From a virus (taxonomy: Duplodnaviria; Caudoviricetes), in IMG/VR virus record IMGVR_UViG_3300027863_000056, positions 1 to 46,212 of that record: a stretch of 46,212 nt of DNA; one strand, given 5' to 3'. The notes below the pieces were generated by a model, which had not been told where the DNA came from, did not search any database, and saw only the letters and a list, made by a program, of their open reading frames with translations. This document shows positions 18,134 through 28,390 of this stretch, in pieces. A program made the translations under genes and the position numbers. The stretch's first letter is position 1. The number at the start of each line of letters is the position of its first letter.

Positions 18134-20159
18134 TTACCGTAGGTTTTTGAGACTGTGTTTTTGCGTCAATTTTAGATTGAATTTTTATAGGATCTCCAAG
18201 CAATTTGCGCGCAGTTGCATCGTCAAAGCCATATATTTCATAAAGCATTGTAAGCGCTGCCGTATAATCGGTTATACCTTGTGAAACTGAAGTTTGTATG
18301 GATATAAGCCCTTCAACACCACCAACAGAACCTTTGAGGTTTGCTTTTGCCTATGCCTCGACATCTACAGGCGTATTTATATCCTGCCCATCTGCCCCTA
18401 TTTGTGGAACAAGTAGTGAATTTTGAGATAAAGTCATTTCAGAGACATATTTAATTAGAATGTCCATTTTGTCTTTATATTCCAACTCATAAAATTCTTT
18501 ATTTTCTGATTCGGCTCGAATAATGAATGGAGTAAGATTGCAAGAAAGAATATAATTATCCGGCGTGGTTCCCTTATTTGAAAGAATCGTCATTTTCTCT
18601 TCATCCGTCTTGGCCGGAAGTGGGTCAAGTTCAGCAACACATTTAATGAATTTAACCTGCTCGGACTGATCGCCGAATTCGCGTTTAGCCCACTCAATTT
18701 GAAGTGCCATTTTTAACGATGGATCAATGTTTGCCGTGTTGGCCGTAGCAAGCCGTGCGCTTAATATGTCTTCGGTTAGAATATCAAATTTGGTCGGCAC
18801 ATTAATATTGGGAATAACCGTTTTTATTTGATCGTCATTTAACTGAACACTATACATCCATTTTCCAATAAAATAATAACATGGATTAAGAATGTTTTTT
18901 ACAATATGGCGTCCGACTTCGTAGAAGAAAGTATTTACTTCCTGACGGTCTAATGTTTTTGCAACGCCTGAATTTACTTCCGGCTCAAACATTAGGAATT
19001 CCATATTGATTGCGGCAAGCCCTGATTCGATCGAATCGTTTACTTTGCTATCAATAAATTTCGTATCCTCAATTGGCTTTTGAATATAGCCCATCGGAGG
19101 TGTCGGAATGTTTACCGACTCGTTCATTCCAATCTGTCTAGCGGGTTTGATTGTTTTAACATTAAATGGGGATCTGCTTGACACTGATCCTGTGCCATGA
19201 CAATTAGTGCAAACAACCTTTGTGTTGGTAGCACCGCCAACTTTAGGAACCATTCCGCTTTCATTACACACCTTACACGGCGTATCTTCAATTTCCCACT
19301 TTTCAGAATGCACATGAAGAACCATTTGCACCTGCAGATCAGAATATCTTCGTAATGCTTCATCCCAATCTGGTAAGCAATCTCCCAAAAAAGAATCCCA
19401 CAACTTTTGACCGTTACAGAATTCTTCAATGATGCCGCCAATTTTAAAGGCTGGCATTGAGCCAATATTGTGAACAGCAATTTCAGTTGTAAAACGATTT
19501 TCTTTCGGATCGCCAACTTGTGTACAGATCGCCCAGGAATCTTTATCAATAATATAATAAATCAATCCCGCAGATTGGTTTTGATTCGAATCAACTAAAA
19601 TTGAAGTCTCCGAAGATTTTAAAACGCAATATGAATTCTCTACATAATCAATCACAGCGTCAGCTCCGAACCAAAAAGTAAATGGCTTCAATACTTCTGA
19701 ATCGTCTGCCGGGTCATTCTTTGGCATAGGAAGTACTGCGATTACTCCGTTGGGATCGTCGCACATATCACGCATCTGAACCGAAAAAAACCAGTTTTCA
19801 ATCGAAGTGAAATAAGGGTAATTTTTTTGCGTGTAATCTTCTAACGAATTTGCCTGCTCAAATGCAATTCCCGAATCAGGAAAATCAATCTTCCAATCTT
19901 CAGCGCGCTGAATTTTTGCAAGTGTTGTAACAACCTTTGAAAAATATGTTTTTGTTTTCGGTGTCCATACACTTTTTCTATATTGCTTTTGATCGAATGT
20001 TTCATTCGGGCGCACAATTTCAATAAGGTCTTTTGGATACGTACCTTTTGAATGTGCTTCTAAATGCTGTTTTATATCAACACTTTGATTGTAATACTTG
20101 TGTTTTGGCTGCTTACTCGGATCAACAAGATACCTGTTGATAAAAGATTGATCTAACAT
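18126..20159 (-). CDS. portal protein; 602 aa to TAG at 18351-18353, frame open a further 74 codons to TGA at 18126-18128
   Basis: SGVAKTLDR motif, size, upstream of the gpF-like gene; CxxC zinc-finger insert. Confidence 0.8.
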
Positions 20160-20611
20160 GTTACTGTTGTCTTATTGTAACCCTGTTGGGTGAGTGTTGC
20201 TTTCGCCTGTATTAGATTGGTTAATGTATCGTCATCATCACCGTCGTAATCGTAGGTGCCCTGATGAAAGTATGCTGTATCGTCGAGCTTCATGGATGAG
20301 TGTTTCAGCGCAACCGCTAAAGCGTCGTGCGAATTTTCGTCCAAATAGCCGGTTTCAAGAGTATATGTTTTATCGATAGAAACATTTTGCGCAACAAATA
20401 CGCCATCCTGTCTCCTATATACCTGCTCTGTAACGGGTCTATTTTTAACCCTTTTAAAAATGGCCTCTATTCTGAATTGCTGATAAAACGTAGGATTGGC
20501 AGAATAATTAAATCCAAACGCATCGCGCGAGTGTCTGAAGGTAATTATTTTAGAATTACTATTCAGCGATTGGCCGACCTGCAGGTTATTTGATATTGCA
20601 AGGACTTTCAT
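20153..20611 (-). CDS. putative tail-tip structural protein
   Basis: Synteny; beta-rich. Confidence 0.45.
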   Translation of the reverse strand: MKVLAISNNLQVGQSLNSNSKIITFRHSRDAFGFNYSANPTFYQQFRIEAIFKRVKNRPVTEQVYRRQDGVFVAQNVSIDKTYTLETGYLDENSHDALAVALKHSSMKLDDTAYFHQGTYDYDGDDDDTLTNLIQAKATLTQQGYNKTTVTC

Positions 20612-21225
20612 TATGCGCTCGGAGTTCCGTCAAGAGAAAATACCCAGTTTTGCAGGTTGTATTGATTTGAAGATCCTGTCACAGAAATTACAACGGTATA
20701 TACCGCCCCTGCAGGAATATTCAAGTCCATATAATGAATGGTAGAAACTTGTGATTGACCGTTCACGGTAATTGCTACGTGGTGGTAATCGACAAGCAAT
20801 ACACCGTTTCGATAAAACGACATGTGCATTTCCGGAGCCGTGGAAATCTGATTGTATGCCCAGGTAAATTCAAGCTTATAATCTCTATTTACTCCGGCTG
20901 CGCCTGTGAGTGTTGATATTACTGTACTTGTCCCTGATGTTGGATAGGATGCATTTGGCGCGCCTGAATCCATTTGGCGATCAAATGGAATAGAAACCCA
21001 TTCTAAAATTGTTGCGTTGTTTGATAGGAACTTATTTGCAACTAGTGTCGGAATAGATGCCGTCGGCGTTGTCCATGTAAAATCAAAGTCATTACCTGAA
21101 TTTTTTGTGGGAATTTGACCGGTCGTACCGCCTCCAAGTTTATTTATTTTTGTGACACCGTCGTTATATTTGTCACGAATCAACGCCCAATTATCACCGT
21201 TGAGCCAATCTGAAAGTAAAGACAT
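20611..21225 (-). CDS. short fibre/receptor-binding-like protein
   Basis: R.K.N coiled N-terminus, GGTTGQIPTKNS..DFDFTW fibre knuckle, beta-sandwich C-terminus. Start 21225 or 21252. Confidence 0.6.
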   Translation of the reverse strand: MSLLSDWLNGDNWALIRDKYNDGVTKINKLGGGTTGQIPTKNSGNDFDFTWTTPTASIPTLVANKFLSNNATILEWVSIPFDRQMDSGAPNASYPTSGTSTVISTLTGAAGVNRDYKLEFTWAYNQISTAPEMHMSFYRNGVLLVDYHHVAITVNGQSQVSTIHYMDLNIPAGAVYTVVISVTGSSNQYNLQNWVFSLDGTPSA

Positions 21226-21235
21226 GATGAGTGTA

Positions 21236-21760
21236 TTAACAACCCCAATCAAGTATTGGGACGCAGTTTAAAACGTCCCCAAGTAATAAATTTGAATTAA
21301 TTAAGTCCTGTAAAACAGAGCAATGAAATAAGGTACAATCAATCGGTGTGCCTTGTGTTTTATCATATATGACAAACTGATAATCACACGCATCAGGTAG
21401 ACATGGTATTGTTGCCGTGCAATAATACTGATCACTTCCATCAACCTGCGAAACCGTACCGACCATATCAGCAATAAGCACACCCTGCTTTACGATTGCT
21501 ATTACCAGATCGCTTACAAGTGTACCGGAATCCACATCCATTTCACTTTTATCCATGATCCATTTTACAACATCCGCATGCTGAACAGGAATTGGATAAC
21601 TTTCTGTTTCGTCCGGAAATTCATATATACATGAATCTGTTGAAGGTGCACAGAATTCTATTGGATCGAATTGATCTTCCAAATAATAATTAACAGGTAT
21701 CCATTGAAAGAATCTTCCTTCAAATGTTACCGGCGGCTTATATGGTGAGATGCAACTCAT
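21236..21760 (-). CDS. Cys-rich putative tail protein
   Basis: 10 Cys in 174 aa; tail module. Confidence 0.5.
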   Translation of the reverse strand: MSCISPYKPPVTFEGRFFQWIPVNYYLEDQFDPIEFCAPSTDSCIYEFPDETESYPIPVQHADVVKWIMDKSEMDVDSGTLVSDLVIAIVKQGVLIADMVGTVSQVDGSDQYYCTATIPCLPDACDYQFVIYDKTQGTPIDCTLFHCSVLQDLINSNLLLGDVLNCVPILDWGC

Positions 21761-21777
21761 TTTGTAAATATAGTTAA

Positions 21778-24030
21778 TTAACAGTTTCCTTTAAAGAAGT
21801 CGTGATTAAAATCATTATTGAAATCACCGGATATGCATTGCCCGGATGTTAATATCTTAAATTCAGCAAAAGATCCATTCGCATTCATTCCATATTTTGC
21901 CGTTAATATAAACCCTACATACTGCGCACCGGAACTGCAAGATACACCAATAGCTTTTTCTGCGTTCGCTAACATAATTGTATACTGCTCAAACGAGATC
22001 GGATAAGTGAATGTGAGGTATTCTGGATTAAATATCGGCACAGATTGAAGTAGTGATATGTCTGATTTTAATAAATCCTGATTTTGAATAACCGAGGCCG
22101 TGGTTACGCAATCGTTAATCATTGTGTCCGCCTCAAGGTAGTTGCCTTGCCCGGAAACAAATCTGATTGGCTGATCTGGATGTTTGAATATTGATCCGGA
22201 AAGCCATTTGTACCAATTTGCCGCCATTCTAGTTGGCGATATGCGGTAATTATAATTTGATGCGCTATTTAAAACGTTCGTAATATCAGTAAAATTTTCA
22301 TCTCGCTCCGAAACGGTACCGGCAGGATACACCGTTGGTACCGGCGGAGATTTATATTTATCGGATATTATTTCGGTTCTGTTGGTACAGATAATGAACA
22401 GATCGTTATCTGTTTCAAAATCATTTGTAGGATATGAATTGAACTGCAGCCGTCTAGTTTGTTCGATCAAATATCCCGATGCAATCAGTTTTGAGATTTT
22501 AATTAATCCCGTATTGGACATGCGCAGCGGAAGCGTGTATGAATGCTGCGAATTAAATTCATCAATTGCATTTGACCCAGTAATGTTTAGATTCCACTTA
22601 TCATATCCATTGTCAAATGTGTTGTAAATGTATTCTACTGCCGGAGCCTTGTTTAAATCCGATACGTTTAGAACGGTAAATATTTGATTTGAATTAAAGA
22701 AATATTCTTTTGGCTCAATTCTAAGTATTTCTTTGCCATTCTCCATTTGAACACGCATGCCTATATTATATATGGCATCGATGTTTTGGAAAAAGTCCTG
22801 AAACGTTGTTGATATGTTGTATAAATTTCCATTTTGATCCAACAGTTGCCGTATAGCCAGCCCGTTTGTAATAGCCGCCCATGCACCGCAGCCTGCCGAA
22901 TCGTATTGATGCGGAAACGAATTTGGTTGGCCAAAATAATCAGATCGAAAGCAATCTTTTACGCCAGTCATGCTTTCAGCAAGTATCGCAAACACCTCAT
23001 GAACCAAAAATGCTTTACATGCACTTGGCGCAAACACGGAATTGGTTTTTATGGTAAACGTGGCAACGTTCGTGACCATTTTGATGTGATCGTAATACGG
23101 GTCGCTTGCATGCTCAAAGAACTGCTGAAAGAATGCTACCCGATCATTTTTTACAAGCGTTAGCGTAATTGATCCGGTGTGTTTGTTTTTAAATGATATA
23201 GGATCATGATGCGAGGCGTATAATATCGGTGCGATTATCTCCGTTATAGGTGTGGTCGCTGGTTGCCCGACAGAATAAGCAAGCGGAGTAAATAAGAACG
23301 AAAAGTCATTGATTGTATCGCTTACAACAAAATCCACATCAAAATCCCAGGTAAATGTATAATCGCCATCAAATGGTACAATAAATATCGGATCAATTAC
23401 ATGCGGAGGTGAAATGATTGATGCGTCATCAAATAATATACCTACATCCTGTATACCGTATCCATCTGTTGCTGCAAACTCATCGGTTTTAGCTTGCATG
23501 GCAAAAAAGGCAATTACACGTGTTGCTGTAATGTCTTCTTCATAGGGATTTATAAAAGTATTCGCTTCGGTAGAGCCTTGTGTAACAATATTTTTACTAT
23601 GTAATCCAAAATCAAACGGCGCAAATGCGCTCATTTCAGAGTCGTCTATAGATTTTGTTGATAAAAGATTTATCGTTGTATCGATATTGTTTTTAATATC
23701 CCGGTGAAATCCTGACGGCTCTATTTTTACCGTTACTTGATTGTTTACAATCTGGTAGAAATAGCAATTTAAAATACCTGAAACAAATGTTACAAATCCG
23801 GCACCATCGCCGCAATCATAGTTTGCCTCAAATTCTAAATCTGCATCTATTCCGTCAAGTTCATACGCACCACGAATAATTTCTGCGCCAGAATCCCAAA
23901 ATATAATATTATCTGAATAGATATTTTCTAACCCCCAATAATCCGTACTGCGGGTGAGCGTAATCGCTACCGCATCCCACCCAACCGGCTCTTCAACTTC
24001 AACACCATTTATCTTAAATTGCCAGATCAT
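21778..24030 (-). CDS. tail tip/hub protein
   Basis: 750 aa immediately after the tape measure; EPVGWD N-terminus; DFNNDFNHDF C-terminus. Confidence 0.7.
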   Translation of the reverse strand: MIWQFKINGVEVEEPVGWDAVAITLTRSTDYWGLENIYSDNIIFWDSGAEIIRGAYELDGIDADLEFEANYDCGDGAGFVTFVSGILNCYFYQIVNNQVTVKIEPSGFHRDIKNNIDTTINLLSTKSIDDSEMSAFAPFDFGLHSKNIVTQGSTEANTFINPYEEDITATRVIAFFAMQAKTDEFAATDGYGIQDVGILFDDASIISPPHVIDPIFIVPFDGDYTFTWDFDVDFVVSDTINDFSFLFTPLAYSVGQPATTPITEIIAPILYASHHDPISFKNKHTGSITLTLVKNDRVAFFQQFFEHASDPYYDHIKMVTNVATFTIKTNSVFAPSACKAFLVHEVFAILAESMTGVKDCFRSDYFGQPNSFPHQYDSAGCGAWAAITNGLAIRQLLDQNGNLYNISTTFQDFFQNIDAIYNIGMRVQMENGKEILRIEPKEYFFNSNQIFTVLNVSDLNKAPAVEYIYNTFDNGYDKWNLNITGSNAIDEFNSQHSYTLPLRMSNTGLIKISKLIASGYLIEQTRRLQFNSYPTNDFETDNDLFIICTNRTEIISDKYKSPPVPTVYPAGTVSERDENFTDITNVLNSASNYNYRISPTRMAANWYKWLSGSIFKHPDQPIRFVSGQGNYLEADTMINDCVTTASVIQNQDLLKSDISLLQSVPIFNPEYLTFTYPISFEQYTIMLANAEKAIGVSCSSGAQYVGFILTAKYGMNANGSFAEFKILTSGQCISGDFNNDFNHDFFKGNC

Positions 24031-26594
24031 ACGTTCAGATAATTATTTTCCAGTACTGATTTGCCCTTCGATTCGGTCATGAATACTTCAAATCCCTTGC
24101 GATCCATATTGACGTTAAGAATTTTTAAATTATCGAGCTTGTTTAATATTTTCTCAGATAATCTATCCGGCGCACCGGAATTATTGTGCTGTACCGGTGC
24201 GATCTTATCATAATTAAGAGCGATAGAGTTAATGAAATTGGCCGGCACTTTACGATCAAATATCGCATCAAAAGCCGGTTGATAATCTTTCATTCTGTCA
24301 ACCGGCATAATACCCTCACCTGGTCGAGCCATGATAAGAACACTATCATCACCAGTGTCTCTTCCCGGTAAAGACTTTGTACCCTTATTGTATTTTGGAA
24401 TCGGTTTTGCTGCAACCAGACCCAATTGTAAGGCTCCTTGCGCTGCAGCAAATAACATTAACGGAACAACCGGCGACGCTTTAGCCACCGCGGCGGCAGT
24501 ACTTAGTACGATATTGAATTCTGCTGTTTCTTTTTCTGCTTGTGCCTGTTTTGTTTTTACCTGCGCTTCTTCTTTGGCGTATTTAGCATTTATCACCGCT
24601 TGCGCCTGTGCATTGTCACCAACGGCAGCAAGTTCCTGCGCTTTATTGTTTTCAAGCGTTGTTAACTGATTGTTATATTCCTGCTGCTGAATTTGGCTGA
24701 TACCCTGGATTACTTGTGTTGCCAATTGTTGCGCCTGCTGCTCCATCTGCATGCGCTTCTGTGTTTGCTGCTGTTTGGCGGCGGTTTTCTTTGCTTCTGC
24801 AGCTTGATAATTCTGAACATCAATATCAAGTAATGCCTTTTGTTTATCAACAAGCTCTTTTTCTAAGGCGACTGTGCTTATACCGTATGATTTATCAATA
24901 TCGATTCGTTTTTGAATGGCATCAATTTCATTATTCAGCATATCTCGTTGCGTGTCCTGCTGAATAGATTTATTCATATCCTGAAATTGCTGGAATGATA
25001 TATTGCCCTTCAAATACTCCTGCTGTAATGCCTGTTGTTTTTGAAGGCTTTCCGCAGAGATGTTTTTCTGATTTAAAAGTGAGTATTGCGTGATTACATC
25101 CTGTTGTATTTTTAATGACGCACTTAATGCGGCCTGTACGTCAGCATTTAATTTTTTTTGTTCATTAAGAATTACATCGCTGTATTTTTTCTCTAATTCT
25201 TCCTTTTTTAAAAGCGTGTTTTCGTAATCGTCCGAATTCTGCTTGTTGTATTTTTTTAATAATGCCAATCGATCATCCTGCGCCTTAATTTCAATAAGAA
25301 GTATATCCGATGCGCTTTGGTCGGCAAGTTGCGCCCGGCGCACATCAAATCCGGCTTCAATGTTTATTTCATCAAGTTTCTTTTTTTGAATCGCCTCTAT
25401 TCTTGCTTTTTCTTTTTCTGCAAACTGATCGCGCATGTTATCAATGCGCTCGTTTAACACAAGGAATTCACGTGTGGCTTCTTCCTGCTTAATTAATACC
25501 TGTGAAATATTATCAACGGTATCGCGGGTGTTTTGCCCGTCAACTTTTGCGATTAATTGATCCCCGGCAATTCTTCCGGCCACATAATCATCAAAGTTTT
25601 TGGCCGCTGATGCCTGATCGTCCGCCTGATTTATGAATCGTTGTTTTTCGATTGCAATCTGATCGGTAATTAATTCTTGATTGTTTTTTAGCTGCTGAGT
25701 TGAAGCGGCATCCACTTTTTGAATTAATGCCAATTGTTCCTGATACGTAATGGTGCGATTTCGAAGGGCTTTTAAATTCTGGTCGATCTCGGTTGTAAGC
25801 TTTGCGTTTGCCAGAGCCAATTTAGTAGTCTTGTCTTCGAGTGCATCCTCCATGTCTGCTAGCTTAACGCCATTATCATACATGTCTTTCATTGAAGCAT
25901 TCGCCTTATCAACGCTTTCGGCGAACTGATCGACGGCACTCGCTGCGCCATCAAATCCAATTGATTCGAGCACAATAGACAATCCTTTAAGTGCGGTTAA
26001 GAATTGTTTTACTAAAAAATCATACACTTTTGAAAAGCCCGAAAACATTTGCTCCACAAGACCAGCAACATATGACCCTACTGATATAAGAACATTTAAA
26101 ACGCCCTGAAAAACTGATTTTAAACCACCCATTACACGAGCCAGCTTATCGCCACCGGCTTCTGTTTGTGTGAAATATGCAACAAGCGATGCAACAGCGA
26201 TAACTAGTAAGCCTATTCCTGTGGCAGCAATTGAAATCTTTAAAATGTTAAACATGCCGGACAATCCTTGTACTGATTTTCCGGCGTTCCCTATTTCTTT
26301 ACCAAATGATAGTACTTGCTGAACCTGAAACGCACCAGGTATATTAGAAGCCAAATCTTTAACCTTTCCGGTTAATCCCTCAAATGATTTGCTGGTATCC
26401 TGCGTTGCCTTTTGTGATTTAGAAGCATTATCCTGTATTGACTGCCCGGTCTTTTGTGTCTCGGTGTCAAGTTGTTTTGTTTGATTAATTAATTGTTGCT
26501 CCGAAGCAGACAAGCCTTTTAGCTCTTGGTTTGCTTTTGAAAAATCAGCATCGCCAATAATTTTAATCTTTACATTTTGTATCGAATCGCCCAC
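24027..26594 (-). CDS. tail tape measure protein
   Basis: 855 aa, A/Q/K-rich helical; ATGIGLLVIAVASLV segment; C-terminal PKY.KGT...DSV.....GE; preceded by a frameshifting chaperone. Confidence 0.88.
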   Translation of the reverse strand: MGDSIQNVKIKIIGDADFSKANQELKGLSASEQQLINQTKQLDTETQKTGQSIQDNASKSQKATQDTSKSFEGLTGKVKDLASNIPGAFQVQQVLSFGKEIGNAGKSVQGLSGMFNILKISIAATGIGLLVIAVASLVAYFTQTEAGGDKLARVMGGLKSVFQGVLNVLISVGSYVAGLVEQMFSGFSKVYDFLVKQFLTALKGLSIVLESIGFDGAASAVDQFAESVDKANASMKDMYDNGVKLADMEDALEDKTTKLALANAKLTTEIDQNLKALRNRTITYQEQLALIQKVDAASTQQLKNNQELITDQIAIEKQRFINQADDQASAAKNFDDYVAGRIAGDQLIAKVDGQNTRDTVDNISQVLIKQEEATREFLVLNERIDNMRDQFAEKEKARIEAIQKKKLDEINIEAGFDVRRAQLADQSASDILLIEIKAQDDRLALLKKYNKQNSDDYENTLLKKEELEKKYSDVILNEQKKLNADVQAALSASLKIQQDVITQYSLLNQKNISAESLQKQQALQQEYLKGNISFQQFQDMNKSIQQDTQRDMLNNEIDAIQKRIDIDKSYGISTVALEKELVDKQKALLDIDVQNYQAAEAKKTAAKQQQTQKRMQMEQQAQQLATQVIQGISQIQQQEYNNQLTTLENNKAQELAAVGDNAQAQAVINAKYAKEEAQVKTKQAQAEKETAEFNIVLSTAAAVAKASPVVPLMLFAAAQGALQLGLVAAKPIPKYNKGTKSLPGRDTGDDSVLIMARPGEGIMPVDRMKDYQPAFDAIFDRKVPANFINSIALNYDKIAPVQHNNSGAPDRLSEKILNKLDNLKILNVNMDRKGFEVFMTESKGKSVLENNYLNV

Positions 26595-26601
26595 GCATAT
26601 T

Positions 26602-26889
26602 TTATTTTGGTGGTTTGGGTGTGTTGCTTAACGCCGATTTAATGTACATGTAATATTTTTCTGTTGTGAACCTTATAAGCTCGGAGTAAGTAACTCCTCC
26701 AACTCCATTATTTGTAATTCTAAGGTTGAAATCATTTCTTTGTTGTTGTTGCCTTCGGATAATTTCGACAAATGATACTTTAACGTTGCTAACAGCTCTT
26801 TTCTTTTCGCCTCCGTGTAATTCTGGATATTGATTGCCAAGGAATCGAAAGAGGGAATTAAATTTGCCAGCGGCGTCTTCAAAAAAAAA
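26602..26889 (-). other. -1 frameshift extension (gpGT-like) of the tail chaperone; slippery T9 at 26881-26889
   Basis: The -1 frame opens just after a TGA immediately upstream of the T9 run and stays open to TAA at 26602-26604. Confidence 0.75.
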
Positions 26890-27317
26890 GCCTCAATGTT
26901 CTTATCTTTCTTCCAGGCCTTGACTTTTTTATCCGCATATTCCGGATTGTACATATACGGATTTTCGCTTGCATCAAAGTAAAGAACGCCAGCAAGCTTA
27001 TACACTAAGTCGGCATTACAGATGTTATCCATGCGCTGCAATGCGAATAGTGCTACATTCCCGGCATTGATATTATCACCCTTTTTAAGATATTCAATAA
27101 TTGCCTGAAACGCAGATTTAGTGTATTTGGCGTCTGCCCGTTGTTCGAGTTCTGTGTATATATCAAGCGCGGCCATTGCACGCTCGTATGGGATATTGAA
27201 CTCATTAACGAATTTGTAATAAACAATTCCCGCATGCGAAAAACACTCTTCAACTTCGTGTTCGAGTTTTAAAGTAATTTTTGTCGGAAGGAATAAACGT
27301 TTAAGCAGTTGCTTCAT
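26673..27317 (-). CDS. tail assembly chaperone (gpG-like)
   Basis: Directly upstream of the tape measure; contains the slippery run. Confidence 0.7.
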   Translation of the reverse strand: MKQLLKRLFLPTKITLKLEHEVEECFSHAGIVYYKFVNEFNIPYERAMAALDIYTELEQRADAKYTKSAFQAIIEYLKKGDNINAGNVALFALQRMDNICNADLVYKLAGVLYFDASENPYMYNPEYADKKVKAWKKDKNIEAFFLKTPLANLIPSFDSLAINIQNYTEAKRKELLATLKYHLSKLSEGNNNKEMISTLELQIMELEELLTPSL

Positions 27318-27657
27318 TTGATTCAGCCGCCGGCGTTTCGTCTTTTACTTCTTCGATTGGTACTTCTGCTGCAGCTTCCTGTTCAGCTGGTGCCGGAGCT
27401 TCATTTGATTCAGCCGCCGGCGTTTCCGGCTCAACTGGATCGGGCGTAATTGGCTCAACAGGAATTTCAACTGGCTTTTCTTCGCTGATCAATATAAGTT
27501 GCGGATCATCTACCTTGTATTCGACAATACGAGGCATTGAGCCATCTAAATTTGTTTGACGAACAAATACATAGCCTTCTTTAACGCTATCTATTTCACC
27601 CTTGAAAATGGCTATGCCATCTACTTGAATTTCTACTTTGTCAGATTTTTTATACAT
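27301..27657 (-). CDS. hypothetical protein, small beta domain plus P/E/A-rich tail
   Basis: Low-complexity acidic C-terminus. Confidence 0.7.
   Translation of the reverse strand: MYKKSDKVEIQVDGIAIFKGEIDSVKEGYVFVRQTNLDGSMPRIVEYKVDDPQLILISEEKPVEIPVEPITPDPVEPETPAAESNEAPAPAEQEAAAEVPIEEVKDETPAAESNEATA
27311..27426. repeat. 29-bp direct repeat encoding ETPAAESNEA
   Basis: GCTTCATTTGATTCAGCCGCCGGCGTTTC at 27311-27339 and 27398-27426. Confidence 0.9.
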
Positions 27658-27964
27658 AATGCTTTATTTTTTGAATGATTTCTATAAATAGGTAGTTAAA
27701 ACCGATACCTAAGAATAGTACAACAAATTGCGATATATCACGGGGCAATGTTGGCATATTTACAAGGAATAGTACAATAAATACCCAAGTGCCGAAACAA
27801 TAAACACAACCGCCAAACACCTTAGACAGTGCGCTATGCTTCAATAGTCTTACGCGCCAATAGGCTATTTTTCGGAATATCATTCCTTTTTCCTGGCACT
27901 TCATCACGAATTGGCTCAAGGATGCTGCTCCAAGGCAGAACAGAAGTAAGTTGCATAAGTTCAT
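27650..27964 (-). CDS. 3-TM membrane protein with CxxC (DUF1360-like)
   Basis: K.FGGCVYCFGTW at the start of a TM helix. Confidence 0.65.
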   Translation of the reverse strand: MNLCNLLLFCLGAASLSQFVMKCQEKGMIFRKIAYWRVRLLKHSALSKVFGGCVYCFGTWVFIVLFLVNMPTLPRDISQFVVLFLGIGFNYLFIEIIQKIKHYV

Positions 27965-28028
27965 GTGATTCTGATTTTCCGCATGCGCCACATCCTGAGC
28001 GACGGCCTGATTTTGGTAAATTGTTCAT
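27834..28028 (-). CDS. small GCxxCG protein
   Basis: MNNLPKSGRRSGCGACGKS; ATGA-coupled to the upstream gene; overlaps the CxxC membrane gene. Confidence 0.45.
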   Translation of the reverse strand: MNNLPKSGRRSGCGACGKSESHELMQLTSVLPWSSILEPIRDEVPGKRNDIPKNSLLARKTIEA

Positions 28029-28390
28029 GATATAAATGGATTTAAGGTGAATGAAGTTGAATTTAAAACCGTGTTTGATACGGTAAATGCTACTGCGTCG
28101 TAAGTTGTGCCATCGATAACCCAAGGTATTTGAGCCGAATTATTATCTAATACGAATAGCTTAATTGCATCAGCGTATGGATTCAAAAAGCCAATAGGCA
28201 GATCATCGCTGGCAATAATAACATTTCCGGAAGGGTCTGAATTTTTCGTTACGTAAAAAATCTTGTTGAATTTATCAACAAAACGCAAGTTTACAACACC
28301 AGAAATTATCGGTGTTTTGATTGTTAATTCGGTTAGGCAGTTTGGAATACCCTCACAAATTACAAATAGAGATTTACAACAGTTCGTCAA
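28025..28390 (-). CDS. hypothetical beta-rich protein with N-terminal Cys cluster
   Basis: NCCK....CE..P.C; TTG start. Confidence 0.6.
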   Translation of the reverse strand: MTNCCKSLFVICEGIPNCLTELTIKTPIISGVVNLRFVDKFNKIFYVTKNSDPSGNVIIASDDLPIGFLNPYADAIKLFVLDNNSAQIPWVIDGTTYDAVAFTVSNTVLNSTSFTLNPFIS

